Of a DNA stretch of 64,000 bases, positions 38,252-52,473 are shown one piece after another. Numbering within the stretch: position 1 is the stretch's first letter; every line of letters begins with the position of its first letter. Source of the stretch: Vicugna vicugna (Eukaryota); contig MU061579.1 of NCBI GenBank assembly GCA_013265495.1, positions 4,711,146-4,775,145 on the forward strand, written 5' to 3'. A program made the position numbers and the translations under genes. The notes beneath the pieces are model-generated. The model saw only the letters and a list, made by a program, of their open reading frames with translations. It ran no database searches and had not been told where the DNA came from.

Positions 38252-40989
38252 TGTTCTGGGCAAAAACTTACACTTTGTTTAATTCTCCTAATAACTGTCT
38301 CTCTGGAAGCACAGAACCCTAATAGTTATGAAATTATAGGTCTATGTCAAGAATAAAAAAACTCAAAATAAAACTTCTTGCACTTGAGGGAATATTAGGC
38401 ATAAACAATAAGATAGAGAAAATGAAAGCCACAGACGATTCACAGCATCCACAATGTCCTGAGATAACCAAGTGGCTTAGATCAAACCCCCTGACAATGG
38501 TGCTCTAATCAGGCTGTGGGTACTTAAATATGTGTTATAAACCCGAAGTCTTTAAGCCAGTAAGGCATATAGCGTGGTTATTCCTTTATGTTTTCAATTT
38601 TCTAGTTAAAAGATAAATATAAAAAGGTGAGATACAACAATAAAATGTTGGAGAACATAGACAAATTATTTGTTATCATCAAAGGAAACATGCCAAACAC
38701 TTAAAGTAAATAAAATTCCATGTGGATGCTTTAAGTTAGAAAGTTTATAAGGACCTGCCCTTGTTTCCATCACAACTTTGTTTAGGACCACCATAATCAA
38801 ATTATGTCACACTCAAGGAAACCTGAAAATATGCCCCAGAGCTAAGTTATACATGCCTTTGCAATTTTAGTACCTATATCATTATCTGTGTAAGTAAAAC
38901 ACAATTTAAATATCATTCCAATTTTATATTATTTGTTAATTGCACACTATCATGAAAAAAAAACAAACTTGGCCAACATTTTAGTATTATAATTATTGCC
39001 TTCAAGTTGCCTTAATTCACTTACAAAAAAAAGTCATTCATAACATGGTTATCAAGTCAGAAAATACAAAAGTGAAGAGCATATTCAAGTTCAATTATAT
39101 GAAGACAGCCTAAACTATAATCCCAACTTCATATGTTAAAACCCCTAGTTCTCTGATAAAGTGGAATCATAATTTATTCTTTTCACTCTTTTGGTTAACT
39201 TGGAACGTTTTTAAACAAAACAACATATCTACTTTGGGGAGGCTTTATATTTTCCCAAGTTGATTATTTCTTTAGCACATTTGGGTAGGAAGGATCTTAA
39301 GATGGTAAATTTGTAACCTAATGTTCCTAATTATGAAAATGGCAACCACTTCAACATAAATCTTTGTAAATATAAAAACTTTCAGATACAGATTTTTTAT
39401 ATCTGTCAGCCTATAACATTTTTAGAATAGTCTCCAATGCAAAGAAGAAAATTGTTCCCTGAAAAAATTCAAGATAAAATTCAAACACTAAGAAAAAAGC
39501 AACCATGTCTGATCTTAAGCCCTAGTATTTATTCCACAGTTGCTCATGGGTCCCTTTGTCTTCTCTTGGGCACAAGAACTTTTGTTTATTTAAAATAAAT
39601 TCAAAAAACATAATTATCTTCACATTCCTACATTTCCATCTGGTATTTAATTCCAATGACGAGGTTTTATTTAAGTAACATTCTCTCAGCCACCCTGTAA
39701 TTGCTCTCTTCTGTCCCTTTTCTATTCATGGAAATTCACACATTGCAAACTATCAAGACTTAATTCAGCAGACAGCCTGAGTTCTCTTATGAGGACCTCA
39801 ACAGTTTCTAGGTTGCTCTGAGTACTTTTTTAAACAGGCCATGAATTTCTTAAGTCTGGGTCTGCACAAGCCCATGTAGGGTAATAATGTAATAATTGGC
39901 TCACAAGGTACCATCCATTGATGACAAAGACCATTTAAAAAAACACAAAAACAAGCTCTGGATGACATCAATCTCAGTTGTATATATTGTATTTCAATAC
40001 AATCTTATTGGTCTCCTCAAACAAATATCAAAACCAGGACTCTTCTCCATTTATGTGACTACTTACAATCTCAGAATAAAGGAAAGAAGAGAAAAGTAAG
40101 TCCAGCTCAAAAATATTAAGAGATTTTAATGATTTTGTGTTTACTGGTGCCAAACTAGTAGCAAATTAAACTCCAGTCAAATTCAACCTAAAACATGAAA
40201 CTGTCACTAAAATTGTTTCAATTTAACCTTAACTATCTTGATCCTATCTTCTCCAAAATCCACCTAATTCTCTTTCCTCCTGTCACCATAACAACCAATA
40301 TCCTATAATGAGAAATTAGCATCTTCAATTTTAAAAGGTAGGAAAAGACTTCTTATATATGGGATGTTTCCCTTTAGTCCTTCTGAAAGAAGGAAAATGT
40401 GTAGAATAAAGGGGTGTTAATTCACTGATCAAAGATGATCCAAAACATATCAACAGTCAAAAAAATTAAGTTTAAGTTTTAGGTTACTTACATGTTATTT
40501 CAGTAATTTTCTCACATCCGTTATCCGTGGCATTTTATAATAAAGAAAAATAAGGCACAGGAAAAGGGACTAAAATGGCCAGAGTTCTACAGGTGACAGA
40601 GGATACTGAGAGAAAGAGAGACAAACATAAACACTGTGATTCTAGGTAACATGTTTATAAACATTAAGCTAACTTGCCTGCTAAGATCCTTTTTTCATTC
40701 AACTTGTGCCCCTTCCTATATGGCAGTTCCTGTATAAGACAGTGGAAACAGGTAGCGAATGAAAGGAATTTTGCGAACAAATGAAAATAAGCAAACAAAA
40801 TCCCTGCTTTATTGATCCCAACTTTTATTTGGGGGAATGAATCAATACATAGTTAGCAAGTAAGATATATTCTATTTTAGTTGAAGAGTAGTGTCGGGCG
40901 GCAGGAGCCGGGTGAGGAATAAACCACAGAAGGGGAATAGGAAGTACCCAAGATATGTGCTGGATGTAGACAGTTTAAAAGTCACATTG

Positions 40990-41147
40990 TGTGGGAGGCT
41001 ATAGCTCAAGTAGTAGAGGGCATGCTTAACATGCATGAGGTCCTGGGTTCAATCCCCACTACTTCTTTCAAATATAAATAAACCCAATTATCTCACCCCC
41101 ATTTAAAAAAAAAAAACAAGAGAGAATAAAAAGCAAAATGTATTAAA
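40990..41147 (+). mobile_element. tRNA-derived SINE, Vic-1-like, long form
   Basis: A box tagctcaagtag, B box gggttcaatcc, A-rich tail; TSD aaaagtcacattg (40977-40989) / aaaaatcacattg (41148-41160). Confidence 0.92.
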
Positions 41148-41659
41148 AAAAATCACATTGGTCATATTTGTGTTTTAGGAGAACTACACTACTGGCAACT
41201 TATAAAACGATTCAGAGGAGAAAGCTAAAATACGATTCAGAAGAGACCGTCTAAATTTAGAAATTTGTAGGGAAAAAAGCATCATTTTTGGGAAGCAGCT
41301 TTACTCTAGAAGAAATCACTCAGTTGGGAATTCTGTAGAAAATATTAAAGACCAGCCAAAGGATATTGTGCTTGGCTAATGCTTTTATAAATATATGTAT
41401 GAATCTGGAGATAGATATTCATCTATTGTCTCCATTTATAAATCACATATTATTAAAAGTAATATGTTGAGTATTTGTTTTCATGTAATATTTATTCATC
41501 AGTTATACTTTTGTTTTTGAAATGAAAGGAGCTAGATCTATAAAGGCGATTGTCTGCTTTAAGATAAGACCAAATCATATGTATTCCACTTTTTTCAGAA
41601 AATCTTTCCATGTGATTATGTTTTCTACAAAATTAATGTATTTGGCTACATAACCAAAG

Positions 41660-41885
41660 TTAACAGTAATGCAGTACTTATTACATGTTAGGCATTATTC
41701 CTAAGTTAACATGTTAACCTATTTAATGCTAATAACTAACTATAGAGGTAAATACTGCTACTTCTCATTTGGAGGAAGTGAGACATGGAGAAAATGTATA
41801 ACTAATTGGAAGTCTCCTATTTAGAAAGTACCAAAATTAGGATTCCACTCAAGTAGTGTGACTCCACTCTTAATAACCAACACAC
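41660..41885 (-). mobile_element. MIR SINE
   Basis: atgttaggcattattcctaag...ctatagaggtaaatactgctacttctcattt..gaggaagtgagac. Confidence 0.7.
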
Positions 41886-41894
41886 CTTCACGGC

Positions 41895-42190
41895 ATTTCA
41901 AGCATGTGTTACTCATTTAACCAGTTACCTATTTGTATTTATCTTGGTGGTTCTAAATATTTGCCATAATAAAATAACACGGTGCTGAACATCCTGGCAG
42001 CAAAATATTTTACACATCTTTTATTATATAATGAGGATATAATATTACAAGATAAATGTTCAGATTTGCGATTATGCAAAACAACAACCCTTTATCCAAA
42101 TTGTCCTCCGTAAAAGTTGTATAAATATTTTCTCCCTTAAAGATGCCTGAGTTCTGATCTCTTTTTATCGACAATATTACTGTAGATGTT
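41895..42190 (-). mobile_element. Old L1ME 3' fragment
   Basis: tttaaccagttacctatt...tttgccataataaaataacacggtgctgaacatcct. Confidence 0.6.
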
Positions 42191-45100
42191 TTCTTTAAAA
42201 AAATTAAAATTAACCTTTGTTTCAGTTGTGTGGAGTCACTTTTTGTAGCTCTCATACATCATAAAAACAACTCTGTGGTTCATTTTCTCTTTGGATCCAG
42301 TCTTCTTCCATGAAGAGAGAGCAAAGTTATGACCAGGAATGGCATTTTCTAAAACGCTGGCTTATTTGGAAGGTAGTAAAAAACTCACAAAAGAACAGAT
42401 GCTTTAAGACTAGGGGAAGATTTTTATATTTTCTATTCACTGTAAAGTTAAGTGTAGGACAGAGGAAGGCCAAGTGATTCCCATTGTGTGATTGTGTAGG
42501 AGAATGTGGAAGATAGCGATTTAAAATTTTCACCTACTTTAAAGAAAAGATACTGAATATTCTAAAATTCCTCCTGTGTTGGAGAGAATTCAAAAATTTA
42601 AAATATTAATAGTTGGTATCTTGGCTCAGCAGGGACAAACTTAGAATGCCTGTTGAGAGTAGAAATCACAAACTTAAAATTGTTCTGATCTGATTGCAGA
42701 ATGTTTAGAAACAACTTACCATTTCCTTTTGTTTTTAATGTTTTTCCACATTCATCTTGCTACTATTGTTTAATGTTTAAAAGGTTTTATGAGTGGGTTA
42801 GATATAATTCTGCATATGTAAAAACCATGCCATCTGCTCTGACACAGAGTAACTATAAGGCTGTCCATGTAAATGCAATTTGTAAGTTCAGGCAAGTCAG
42901 CTTAGATGCTGGATGCATATTTATGTCTGTCAGTGTGTACCATGACCATTCACCTGCCTGCTGTATGGCTTCTATGATGCTCTGGTTTATTTCTCTCTCT
43001 TAAGAGTCATCCCATCCCACAGGATCAAGAAGCTTTTTTCCAAATACACAGGAGGTGATGAGTTTTTTAAACTCATTTCTGGGGTTAGGTAGGGATCGAT
43101 ACTCATTTAGCAGCATTTAGAAGAATCTTACAACCAGTTTTATGATAGAAAAATACCCATATTCTTCATTCTTTCATCATATTTATCAGATTTACATTGT
43201 GTGCAAATCTTTATAGCAAGCTGTAGATACCACAGGCCCTTAAGGGTCCTACAGATACTGAAAGAGATAAACGTATATATGTGTATACAGCACTGTGTTA
43301 GAAAAAAGAAATCAGCAAAGCTGGTGGTGGGTCAATAATAGAGAAATTTCACACAGCAGGATGTGTCTAAGCTGGTTAGACCAAGGTAGAATGAACATTC
43401 CAGGCAGAGGTTAAAAATTGTGGAAGGAGACTGAAGAGGTAAGCTCTGCTGGAGACAGCTAAGTGATTCTAACAAGATTAGGTTGAGAAAAAGTGAGTAA
43501 TAAGGTTAGAGAAATGTACATCACAAATGCCGCAACACAGAGCTAGAACAAGGTCAACAAAGAAGAAGGACTCCAAATGTCTTTTGCGTGAGAAACAAAA
43601 AAAGTGAAGTTATATGTCTCATAACTCATGCTTTTCAAATCTGTTGATGAGTGGTAAAGAAAGTGCATGTTTATATCTGAAAGAGGTGAATTTTTAAATG
43701 AATAAAATACATCAGGCATATACAAAATAACTGGCAATTTCTAATGACCCGGTTTTGTCCTGAACAGAATAAATTGTTTTTATTAAATTCTACAAAATTT
43801 GTGTTTAACAAGGAGATGATGCATACCCTCGGATACACCTACTTTTTTTTCCAAATTAATGCAGGAAGTATTGCTGGGAACGTTACATGGGTATAAAATT
43901 TACCCTGAAGATAATAAACTCATGCATACATACTAGGTAGTAAAGTGCAATGCAATGAATTTTCATTTGTGTCAGATAGAATCTTATTCTAGTATTTTCC
44001 ATGTTCTGAAAAGGGCGATTACATGATGGCTAACATCTCTGTGGACCTAAATAAAAGTGTAGATTTTAATCTCCATAGTCCATGTTTGGAATTATAAAAT
44101 GCACCAATTGTTTGGCAACAGATTTTAAATAGATTAGTTTTTTCTTTATCTTCCTGTTCTTCATGTGAATGTAAATGGACATTGTTTTAATTATGGGGTA
44201 AAGTAGATCCCTGTTTAATTTCAAAGATGGTCTGTGGGACATAAATGCATCATGGGAGCAAAACAGAAAGGTAATCTACTGGAAGTTCTCTCTCATTTAG
44301 TTTTAGGTGATGAATCAGCTTGAGCCAAGTATCTGAGAAAGTGAATTTTAACTTTTCCCTAAAATGCACAACATACTGCCTGAATTTAATCAATTTTGGT
44401 CAAGTCCAGTACAAAATTCTACTGTACTGGTATTCATGGTCAGTAGTTTCTGTCTTCAGGTTTCATTCTATTCATGATAGAATTTATGCACTATATATTA
44501 CAGAATATATAATGATATATTTACATATGTATGTACATCTATTCCCCTAGAAACTAGAAGGCAGATAGAATATATGAGAAAATATATTTTATATATGTAT
44601 CTATATATTCTATCATGAAACTAGAAAGGAGCAACAACCCCAAACTACCAACTGTGAATGTCAGTACAGTGGAAATTAGACCAAAATTAATGAAAGACAT
44701 TAGACATTTCAGGTAAAAAAAAAAATTACTCCCCCAGTAGTCAGGCTTGGTGCTGAAGTGTATAATGTTCTAGTCTATCATAAACTTTCTGTCTATCATT
44801 TATGTGCTTTTCATCTATAAATATGAAATAGTATACATACATAACTATATACTTATTTCTCTCCCTCTCTCTCCCTCTTTATCTAAATCTCTCTCTGCTG
44901 TTATAGGTAAGGTCTGTATGTACATGCATGTGTAGGAAAATACCATCTTTGAAGAATATAGTAAAAAGTAACAGACCAAACATAAAAACAATATAGGCAA
45001 ATGACTCACATGCATACACACGCATTCAATATTTGGACCCATTCTGGTGAATTTCAGGATAAAATGTGTCATAAATATTCACATTAACCATAACTTTTCC

Positions 45101-45674
45101 TTATTAACTCCAGCATCCTTTGACCTTTGGCTGACCCTCCTCTTCTGGGAATTTCTCACTAGAGACTTCCTATTTGGGTAACCCCTATTCCTCCTTAAAA
45201 CCATATGCATCATTATTATTTTCATTTAGTTTTTCCCATTTTATATTCATCTTTTCTTTTGCTGTTTTATATTATTTTGACTTGGATAAGATTATCTTTC
45301 CATGGGAAAAAATATGTATTACAGTGATTTTTTTTTCTTGTGTTGCCAAACAAAGACATTTTTCTCACTTAAGATAAATTCTGTTGTCACTTATTTAATT
45401 AGTATTTTTTCTCTGATTCTTCATTCAGAAATAGTTTTCTGTTTCAGCCCTGTATTAGGCACTATGTAAGCAACTGCACAAACGTTGCTAAGAAAGAGCC
45501 ATTACACCAGCCCTCACTCAACTTAAGAGTCTAGCCGGATATTTTTTACCCCTTGACAGCAGCACTTGACTAAACATGCTTGCCTTAGTGTTCTCAATGG
45601 AACAGCCAGCATTCTTTGCCATTGCTGTGCATGCTGGTGCTTAGGATAAAATATGCAGTGATTGCTTATTTCTA

Positions 45675-45888
45675 AACTGCACTGTCCAATATGGCAGCTA
45701 CTAGTCACACAAGGCTCCTTAAGTTTAACTTCAAATTAATTAAGATAGATAATATTAAATATTATTTCCTTAGTAATACTAGCCCAATTTCAATGCTCAA
45801 TAGCACAAGTGATTAGTGGTTACTGTATTGGACAAAGCATAAGTAGGACATCCTTATCATTGTAGACAGTTTTATTGGCCAGTGCTTC
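45675..45888. mobile_element. MER3-like hAT-Charlie DNA transposon fossil
   Basis: Inverted ends gcactgtccaata...tattggccagtgc; internal ctactagtcacac...tagtggttactgtattggaca. Confidence 0.85.
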
Positions 45889-46769
45889 CTATAATATATG
45901 AGCCAAGGGATCAGGGTATCATCGCATAGTATTATAAAACTTTTTTCTTATTCTACTATGAGTGCAGATCAATAAATCCTTCCAAAGACCTTAGTAGAAC
46001 TGAAAAGAAACATAAATTTTTCCATCAGATTTTAGTCAAGATTCTATCTTTTTTCTCTACCGTTTTTGCTATTATACAAAGAATCATTTTCTGATGCAGT
46101 ACAAGTTTTATTTTTTTTAAATATTCTCCTTTAAGTGATTCTCAAAATAGTCTTTATCCATGTGTCAGTGTCCAATTTGACTTCCCTATACTGTTTTTGA
46201 AATAAGGCATATTGTTTATATTTTGTATTTATGTTTTTCTTAATTAAAAATCCTTATTCCTCAAAATAAAATAAAAACTACTGATTTTTTTTTGCTGTTG
46301 AATTAAAAATAATTTATTTTTTAAGCTCTGTCTACTCTAGGAAAACTAATTTTGTTTCTGTTCCACATGTTCTGTTCCCAAATCTACAAAAAAAAAGTTT
46401 TTGCCATTTTCTATAGAAAATTGTTTGAGAAAAATGTTTTAATCTTTATTAAGACATTTGGAATTTAGTAGATAACACTGAATTAACTATTGGTCAATTT
46501 AAAAAATCTGTATTCAAAGATAATATGTATCAAATGGGTAGTCATAAAATAATAATATTTATAATCAACTTAGTAAACTCTCTAAGTCACTACAGGAGGC
46601 ACAGAGGGTGAAATTACTGGAGCTTGAAATTAGAAGAAAAGACTTGAATCCCAGCTCCTCCACTTCAACACAATCATTACTACTTCATTGGCTGTACCTT
46701 GGCCAAGATGTTTAACTGCTATGTTTCACTTCTTTATTTTTATAATGGAAGTATATAAGTCCCAAAATT

Positions 46770-47350
46770 GTTTTCATAAATACAGTTATCATTCAATATT
46801 ATGTTAGCTGCAGGTGTACTACATTTGCATACATTAGGAAATGATTATCACAATAAGTCTGGTAATCATCTGTTTCCATACATTATTATAATATTATTGA
46901 GCACATTCCTTATGCTGTATATTAATCTCATGGCTTATTTATTTTATGACTGAAGGTTTGTACTTCTTAAACCCCTTCACCTATTTTGTCCATCTTCCCA
47001 CCACTAGACCCTCTGACAATGACACATTTGTTCTTTGTATTTATAAGTCTGTTTTTTTTGTTTTGTTTTGTTTTGTTTGTTTTTTAGATTCCACATATAA
47101 GTGAGATCATACAATATTTGTCTTTCTCTGATTTATTTCATTTAGCATAATACTCTCTAGATCCATCTAGGTTGTCACAAATGGCAGCATTTTTATGGCT
47201 TAGTAATGTTCTATTGTATATATACACTATATCTTCTTTATCCATTCATCTATTGATAGTCACTTAGGTTTCTTCCACATCTTGGCAATTGTAAAGAATG
47301 CTACAGTAAGCATCCAGGTGCACATATCTTTTCAAACTCGTGTTTTTAAC
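46770..47350 (-). mobile_element. L1 3' end (L1MA-like), next to a MIR at ~46590-46760
   Basis: tttttagattccacatataagtgagatcatacaatatttgtctttctctg...ttctttatccattcatctattgat. Confidence 0.9.
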
Positions 47351-48329
47351 TTGATAGATTTAAAGTGGTAACCCCCACATGGATTAATCTTATTAATCCT
47401 TTGTCCCTACTCACTAATCTATTTTTGTTGTTGTTGTGGTTGAGAAGGAGTCTCAGTAATTATTTTCCCACAAATCTTACTTTTCCTTTAAGGATTCAAA
47501 TTTTAGACTGCCCATCGGCCAACATGTCTAGAAAATAGAGTTAGTACACTTATCATTTATTTTCAAAGAATATCTTTCTTTGCAGACCTCTTCTATGTTC
47601 AGTGATACTGGGTAGGATTGCATAGTTTGGGCACCGTACAATTCCAGGGAATTCTATTCACAGAGACTAAAAGCATATGCTATGGCTAAGATTTGTAAAA
47701 CTGTTTGATTACATTGTTTAAATTATCTTATATCTCAGTTTTTCCAATTGTGAAGTAGAAATCAAAACTTAAAGCATGTTTAGAAGAGATGTTCTTGGCT
47801 ATGGATACATAGAAAGTATGACTATATAAAATTTAGAACATAGTTTCATTTACTGTAATCTGGAGAATTTTTGTCTTTGATTCAGTAAGTCCCCAGGCAT
47901 CTGCAAACAAGTTCACATTTTATCCAAGTGTTAAAATTAAAATAAAATTGTGAACTAGAGCAAAGATTTATACGCACTGACAGGATACTAAACACTTTTA
48001 TGTAAACAATATGTTTTAGATAAATCAATAAACTAACTCCAATTGGCATTTTATAAAGTTACCTGTCATTTCTATTTAATGTAACAATATGTTTTTAAGT
48101 ATCACCCCTTTTTCTTAAAGTCTGCTATAACAGACATAAAACAAAGCAATACGAATAAACTTCTTCACACTTCATTAGCATTAGTAGTATCTCTAGGTCT
48201 TCCCGTGTTGACAAGCTGTGAGAAACTGAGGGGATAAAATGTCATCCATGCACAACTGGATATAGCCAGGATTTGTATAAACTTTGAAAATTATGCTCTT
48301 TTATGTCCTCTCCATTATTGCAAACGTTT

Positions 48330-48530
48330 ATTGCAAACAGTTGATTTTTGAATATTTAAATTGGAAGAGGGCATGGAGGTGAAATTGTTCATTGCTTTTG
48401 TTACCCAGATGAAGAAACTGGGGTCCAAAAAATTTACTGAAATTAGTTGTCGGCAGCATGATGAACACAAGAATCCATATCTCCAAAATCCTGTTCTTGT
48501 GGTTATTCCCACTCAAATATGATGCCTCCC
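48330..48530 (-). mobile_element. MIR SINE
   Basis: ttacccagatgaagaaactggggtcca (MIR core). Confidence 0.65.
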
Positions 48531-49099
48531 ACCAAAAACGAAATATAAAGGGCCTGCAGTTCTGGCCTTTTCTAAAGATCTGATTGCATTTACATACAGG
48601 CTAAAGGAGTTTTTCTTAGCTGCTTCAGGAAAACAGAGCAGGCTAATTATGTAATATAATTAATTCTATTTTTCTTCAGGGCATCCACATAACTTAGGGG
48701 CTGCTCTGAATTTAAAAGAAACAGCAACTACCACATTTCCTTGTAGATTTATTGAACCTAAGATGATGTTCTTCATAAACATAACTCTATATGCAATCTG
48801 CTCTATACTGACCATACATTTTTTTAAAATGTCTTTCAATGCCTAAGTTCTTCTGTATTTTTTTTCTTTCCATCTGTTATTTTAAAAGCAGTAACACTTT
48901 TTACAGAGAAATATATCCACATTACAGTAGGATAAATATCTTTTCTTCATATAGGGAAAGTTCAGTGGTCTTAAATATTCCATCTAGAAACACACAAACT
49001 AAGTAATTTATCTTATATATGGAAATGTTTACAGTTCCTTTATGGCTTTAGATTTGAAGAATTCAATTTTTGCTTTGTAAATTTTAACATGATGTTTTC

Positions 49100-49460
49100 A
49101 GAGAGGCAGTGCAGTACAGTATGTAAAAGCATCAACTCTGAGGTCAAGTTTGTAAAATTCAGTTCCCAGCCCTATCACTTACAAACTGATTCACCTTGGA
49201 CAAGAAATAGATCCTCTATGTGCCTCAGTTTCCTCATGGGTAATATGAAAATAATAATTATATGTGTTATTTATCATATATATATTATACATTATAACTT
49301 TATATTATATATATTTTGTAATTATATAGATAAGTATGTCTAACTCTGCTTTCCTGTGGATATTAAACTAATTCCTCTATATTATGTTCTCAAAACAGTC
49401 CAGACCAAAATAAATGATTTGATAAGCTTTAGTTATAATTATTATTATTTGTATGATTAT
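49100..49460 (+). mobile_element. MIR SINE split by an AT-rich expansion
   Basis: agaggcagtgcagtacagt...ccttggacaag...gtgcctcagtttcctcat; TA-rich insert ~49255-49335. Confidence 0.8.
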
Positions 49461-49794
49461 CACAATAACCAAAGTACAAAGCACATGGCTATCTTCATAT
49501 ATGTATATATTTATACATATATGAAAATATATCTGTAAACTATATATAATAATATATATTCATAATTATATTTCTATTAACAAGTTTACTTAATTACATT
49601 AAATATTAATATAATTATTAAAATATCTAATTACATTTAGATTATATATATTTTTTGTTATCCCTAGTTTTGTTGTAGAGAGAAGATATGTATTTATTGA
49701 GGGACAGAAAAGGGACACATCAGAACCCTGCTGTTTTTGAGCTTGGTGTGTGGTCAATAGCATGTGACATATATAAAACAAATTATATGTCATG

Positions 49795-52473
49795 GCCAGG
49801 CATAGGTATCTCAATTGCAATGCTGGTTCAACATTCAAAATTCAATTAATGTAATCTACCATATCAAAAAGCTAAAGAAAAATCATGCTATCTTATCAAT
49901 AGATGCAGGAAAAAAATTTGAAAACTCCAACACTCGTTCATGACAAAAACTCTCAGTAAACCAAGAATAAAGGAGGCCTTCCTCAACTTGATAAAAAATA
50001 TCTAAAAAAGGCCTCAGCCAACACTGTACCCTTGAACAACTCAGGGGATAGAGGTACCAACTTTCCTTGCAGTTGAAAAATCTGTATGTAACTTTACATT
50101 TGGCCCTCCATATCCATAGTTCCATATCCACGGATCCAAACAATTGTGGATCATGCAGCATTGTAGTACATATTTATTGAAAAAAATCTATACACTGGTG
50201 GACCTACACAATTCCATGTTGTTCAAGGGCAAACTACACTTAACTGTGAGAAACTCAAAGCTTTCTCATCAAAATCAGGAATAGGGTAAAGATGTCCTCT
50301 CTCATCACTGCTTTTCAATATTGCACCAGAAGTCAATATTAATGCAGTTAAACAGGACAAGTAAATAAAAGGTATATGGACTGGGAAGAAAGAAATAAAA
50401 TTGTCTTTGTTTGCAAATGGCATGACTGTCCATGCAGAAAATATGAAAAGATTCAACAAAAAGAAAGTCTTGGAATTCATAAGCCATTATAGAAAGGTTG
50501 GAGGATATACTGTTAATATACAAGAGTCAATTGTTTTCCAAAACACCAGCAATGAACAAGTAGAATTTGAAATTAAAAACACAATATACTTTACCTTAGC
50601 AACAAAAAAATGAAATGTTCAGGTTAAATCTAACAAAATATATACACAATCTATATGAGAAAAACTATAAAACTCTGATGAAATAAATCAAAAAAGTTCT
50701 GAATGAATGAAAATATAGTTCATGTTTATGGATAGGCAGATTCAATATTGTCAAAATGTCAGTTCTCCCTAGCTTAATCTACATGCTTGGTGAAACTGAA
50801 TCAAAACCATAGCAAATTATTTAATGGATGTTGACAAATTTATTCTACAATTTACATGGAAAAGGACCCAAAATAGCAACATAATATTGAAGGACAAGAG
50901 CAAAGTTGGAGGACTGACACTACCCAACTTCAATACTTATTATAAAGCTACAGTAATAAGCCAGTGTGGTATTGGGAAAAGAATAGGCAAATAGATCAAT
51001 GGAACAAAAAAGGAAAGCAGAAACAGATCTCCATAAATATAGTCAACTGATATTTGGCAAGGAAGCAAAGACAATACAATGGAGCAAAGATAATCTTTCC
51101 AACCAATGGTACTGGAACACGTGTACATTCATATGCAAAACATAAAATCTATATAAGATCTCACATCCTTCACGAAAATTAACTCAAAACAAAACAGATC
51201 TAAATGTAGAATGCAAAACTATAAAACTCCTAGACAGTAACATAGGAGAAAATTTAGATGATCTTGGATTTGGAGATGACTTTTTAGATACACCAAAAAC
51301 ACAATTCATGAAAGAAAAAAATTGATAAGCTGGAGTTGCTTAAAATTAAAAACTTCTGCTCTGGGAAAGAGAATAAAGACAGGGAGGAGATAATTGCAAA
51401 AGACATATCTGATAAAGGACTGTTACCCCAAATATACAAAAAACTCATAAAACTCAACAGTAAGAAAACAAATAGCTCAATCAAAAAATGGGCCAAAGAC
51501 TTCTACAGACAACTCACTGATGAAAATATATAGATGGCAAATATGAATATTAAAAGATACTCTGCATTATACACCATCAGAAAATGCAAATGAAAACGGG
51601 ATATCACTACACACCTATTAGAATGGCCACAAACCAGAACACTGACAACATCAAATGCTGCTGAGGATGTGGAGCAACAAGAATTCTCATTCATCACTGA
51701 TGAGAATGCGAAATGGTACAGCCACTTTGGAAAACCGTTTGGCAGTATTTTATAAAACTAAACATACTCTTACCATACAATCCAGCAATTGCACTCATTG
51801 GTATTTACTTAAAGACATTGAAATGTTATGTCCACGCAAAACCTGCACAAAGATGTTAATAGCACCTTTATTCATAATTGCCAAAACATGGAAGCAACCA
51901 AGATTACTTTCAGTAGGTAAACGGACAAAGAAAGTGTGGTACAGAGAATGAAATATTATTCAGTGCTGAAAAGAAAGGAGCTATTAAGCCATGAAAAGAC
52001 ATGGTGGAAACATAAATGCATATTACTAAGTGAAAGAAACCAATTTGAAAAGTCTTCGTGGTATATAATTCTCTCTAAATGAAAAAGACAAAACTATGAA
52101 GACAGTAAAAATATCAGTGGTTGCTGTGGGTTAGTGGGGAGAGAAAGATGAGCAGGCAGAGCACAGAGGAATTTTAGGGCAGTGAAAATACTCTGTATGA
52201 TGCTATAATGATGGATATCTGTGGTTGTAAATTTATCCAAACCCACAGAATATGCAACACCCAAAATGAGCCCTACTATGGACTTTGGGTAACAATTATG
52301 TATTGATGTAGGTTCACGAATTATAACAAATGTACCACTCTGGTGGAGGATGTTGGTGAGGGAGGAAGACTATTCACGTGTGGTGGTAAGAAGTATATGG
52401 ACAATGTCTGTGTCTTCTGGTCAATATTGCCATGAATCTAAAATGGCTCTAAAAATAAAGTTTATTTTAAAAA
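49795..52473 (+). mobile_element. L1MC-like LINE: RT to ORF2 end plus 3'UTR, decayed
   Basis: ORF2 motifs [19 protein letters not shown] (SLFADDMIV), PLFIIAKTWKQP; L1MC-type 3'UTR actatggactttggg...aaatgtaccactctgg; AATAAA and A tail ~52453-52473. Confidence 0.93.
50022..50237. mobile_element. Tigger2/MER8-like non-autonomous TcMar element nested in L1
   Basis: TIR cores cccttgaacaac ... gttgttcaaggg; splits L1 ORF2 at KPTAN|ILNGEKLKAF. Confidence 0.88.

Noticed and set aside
40990..41065. tRNA gene (also 20206-20283)
   Set aside because: A/B boxes are present, but TSDs, A-rich tails and degraded stems indicate SINEs
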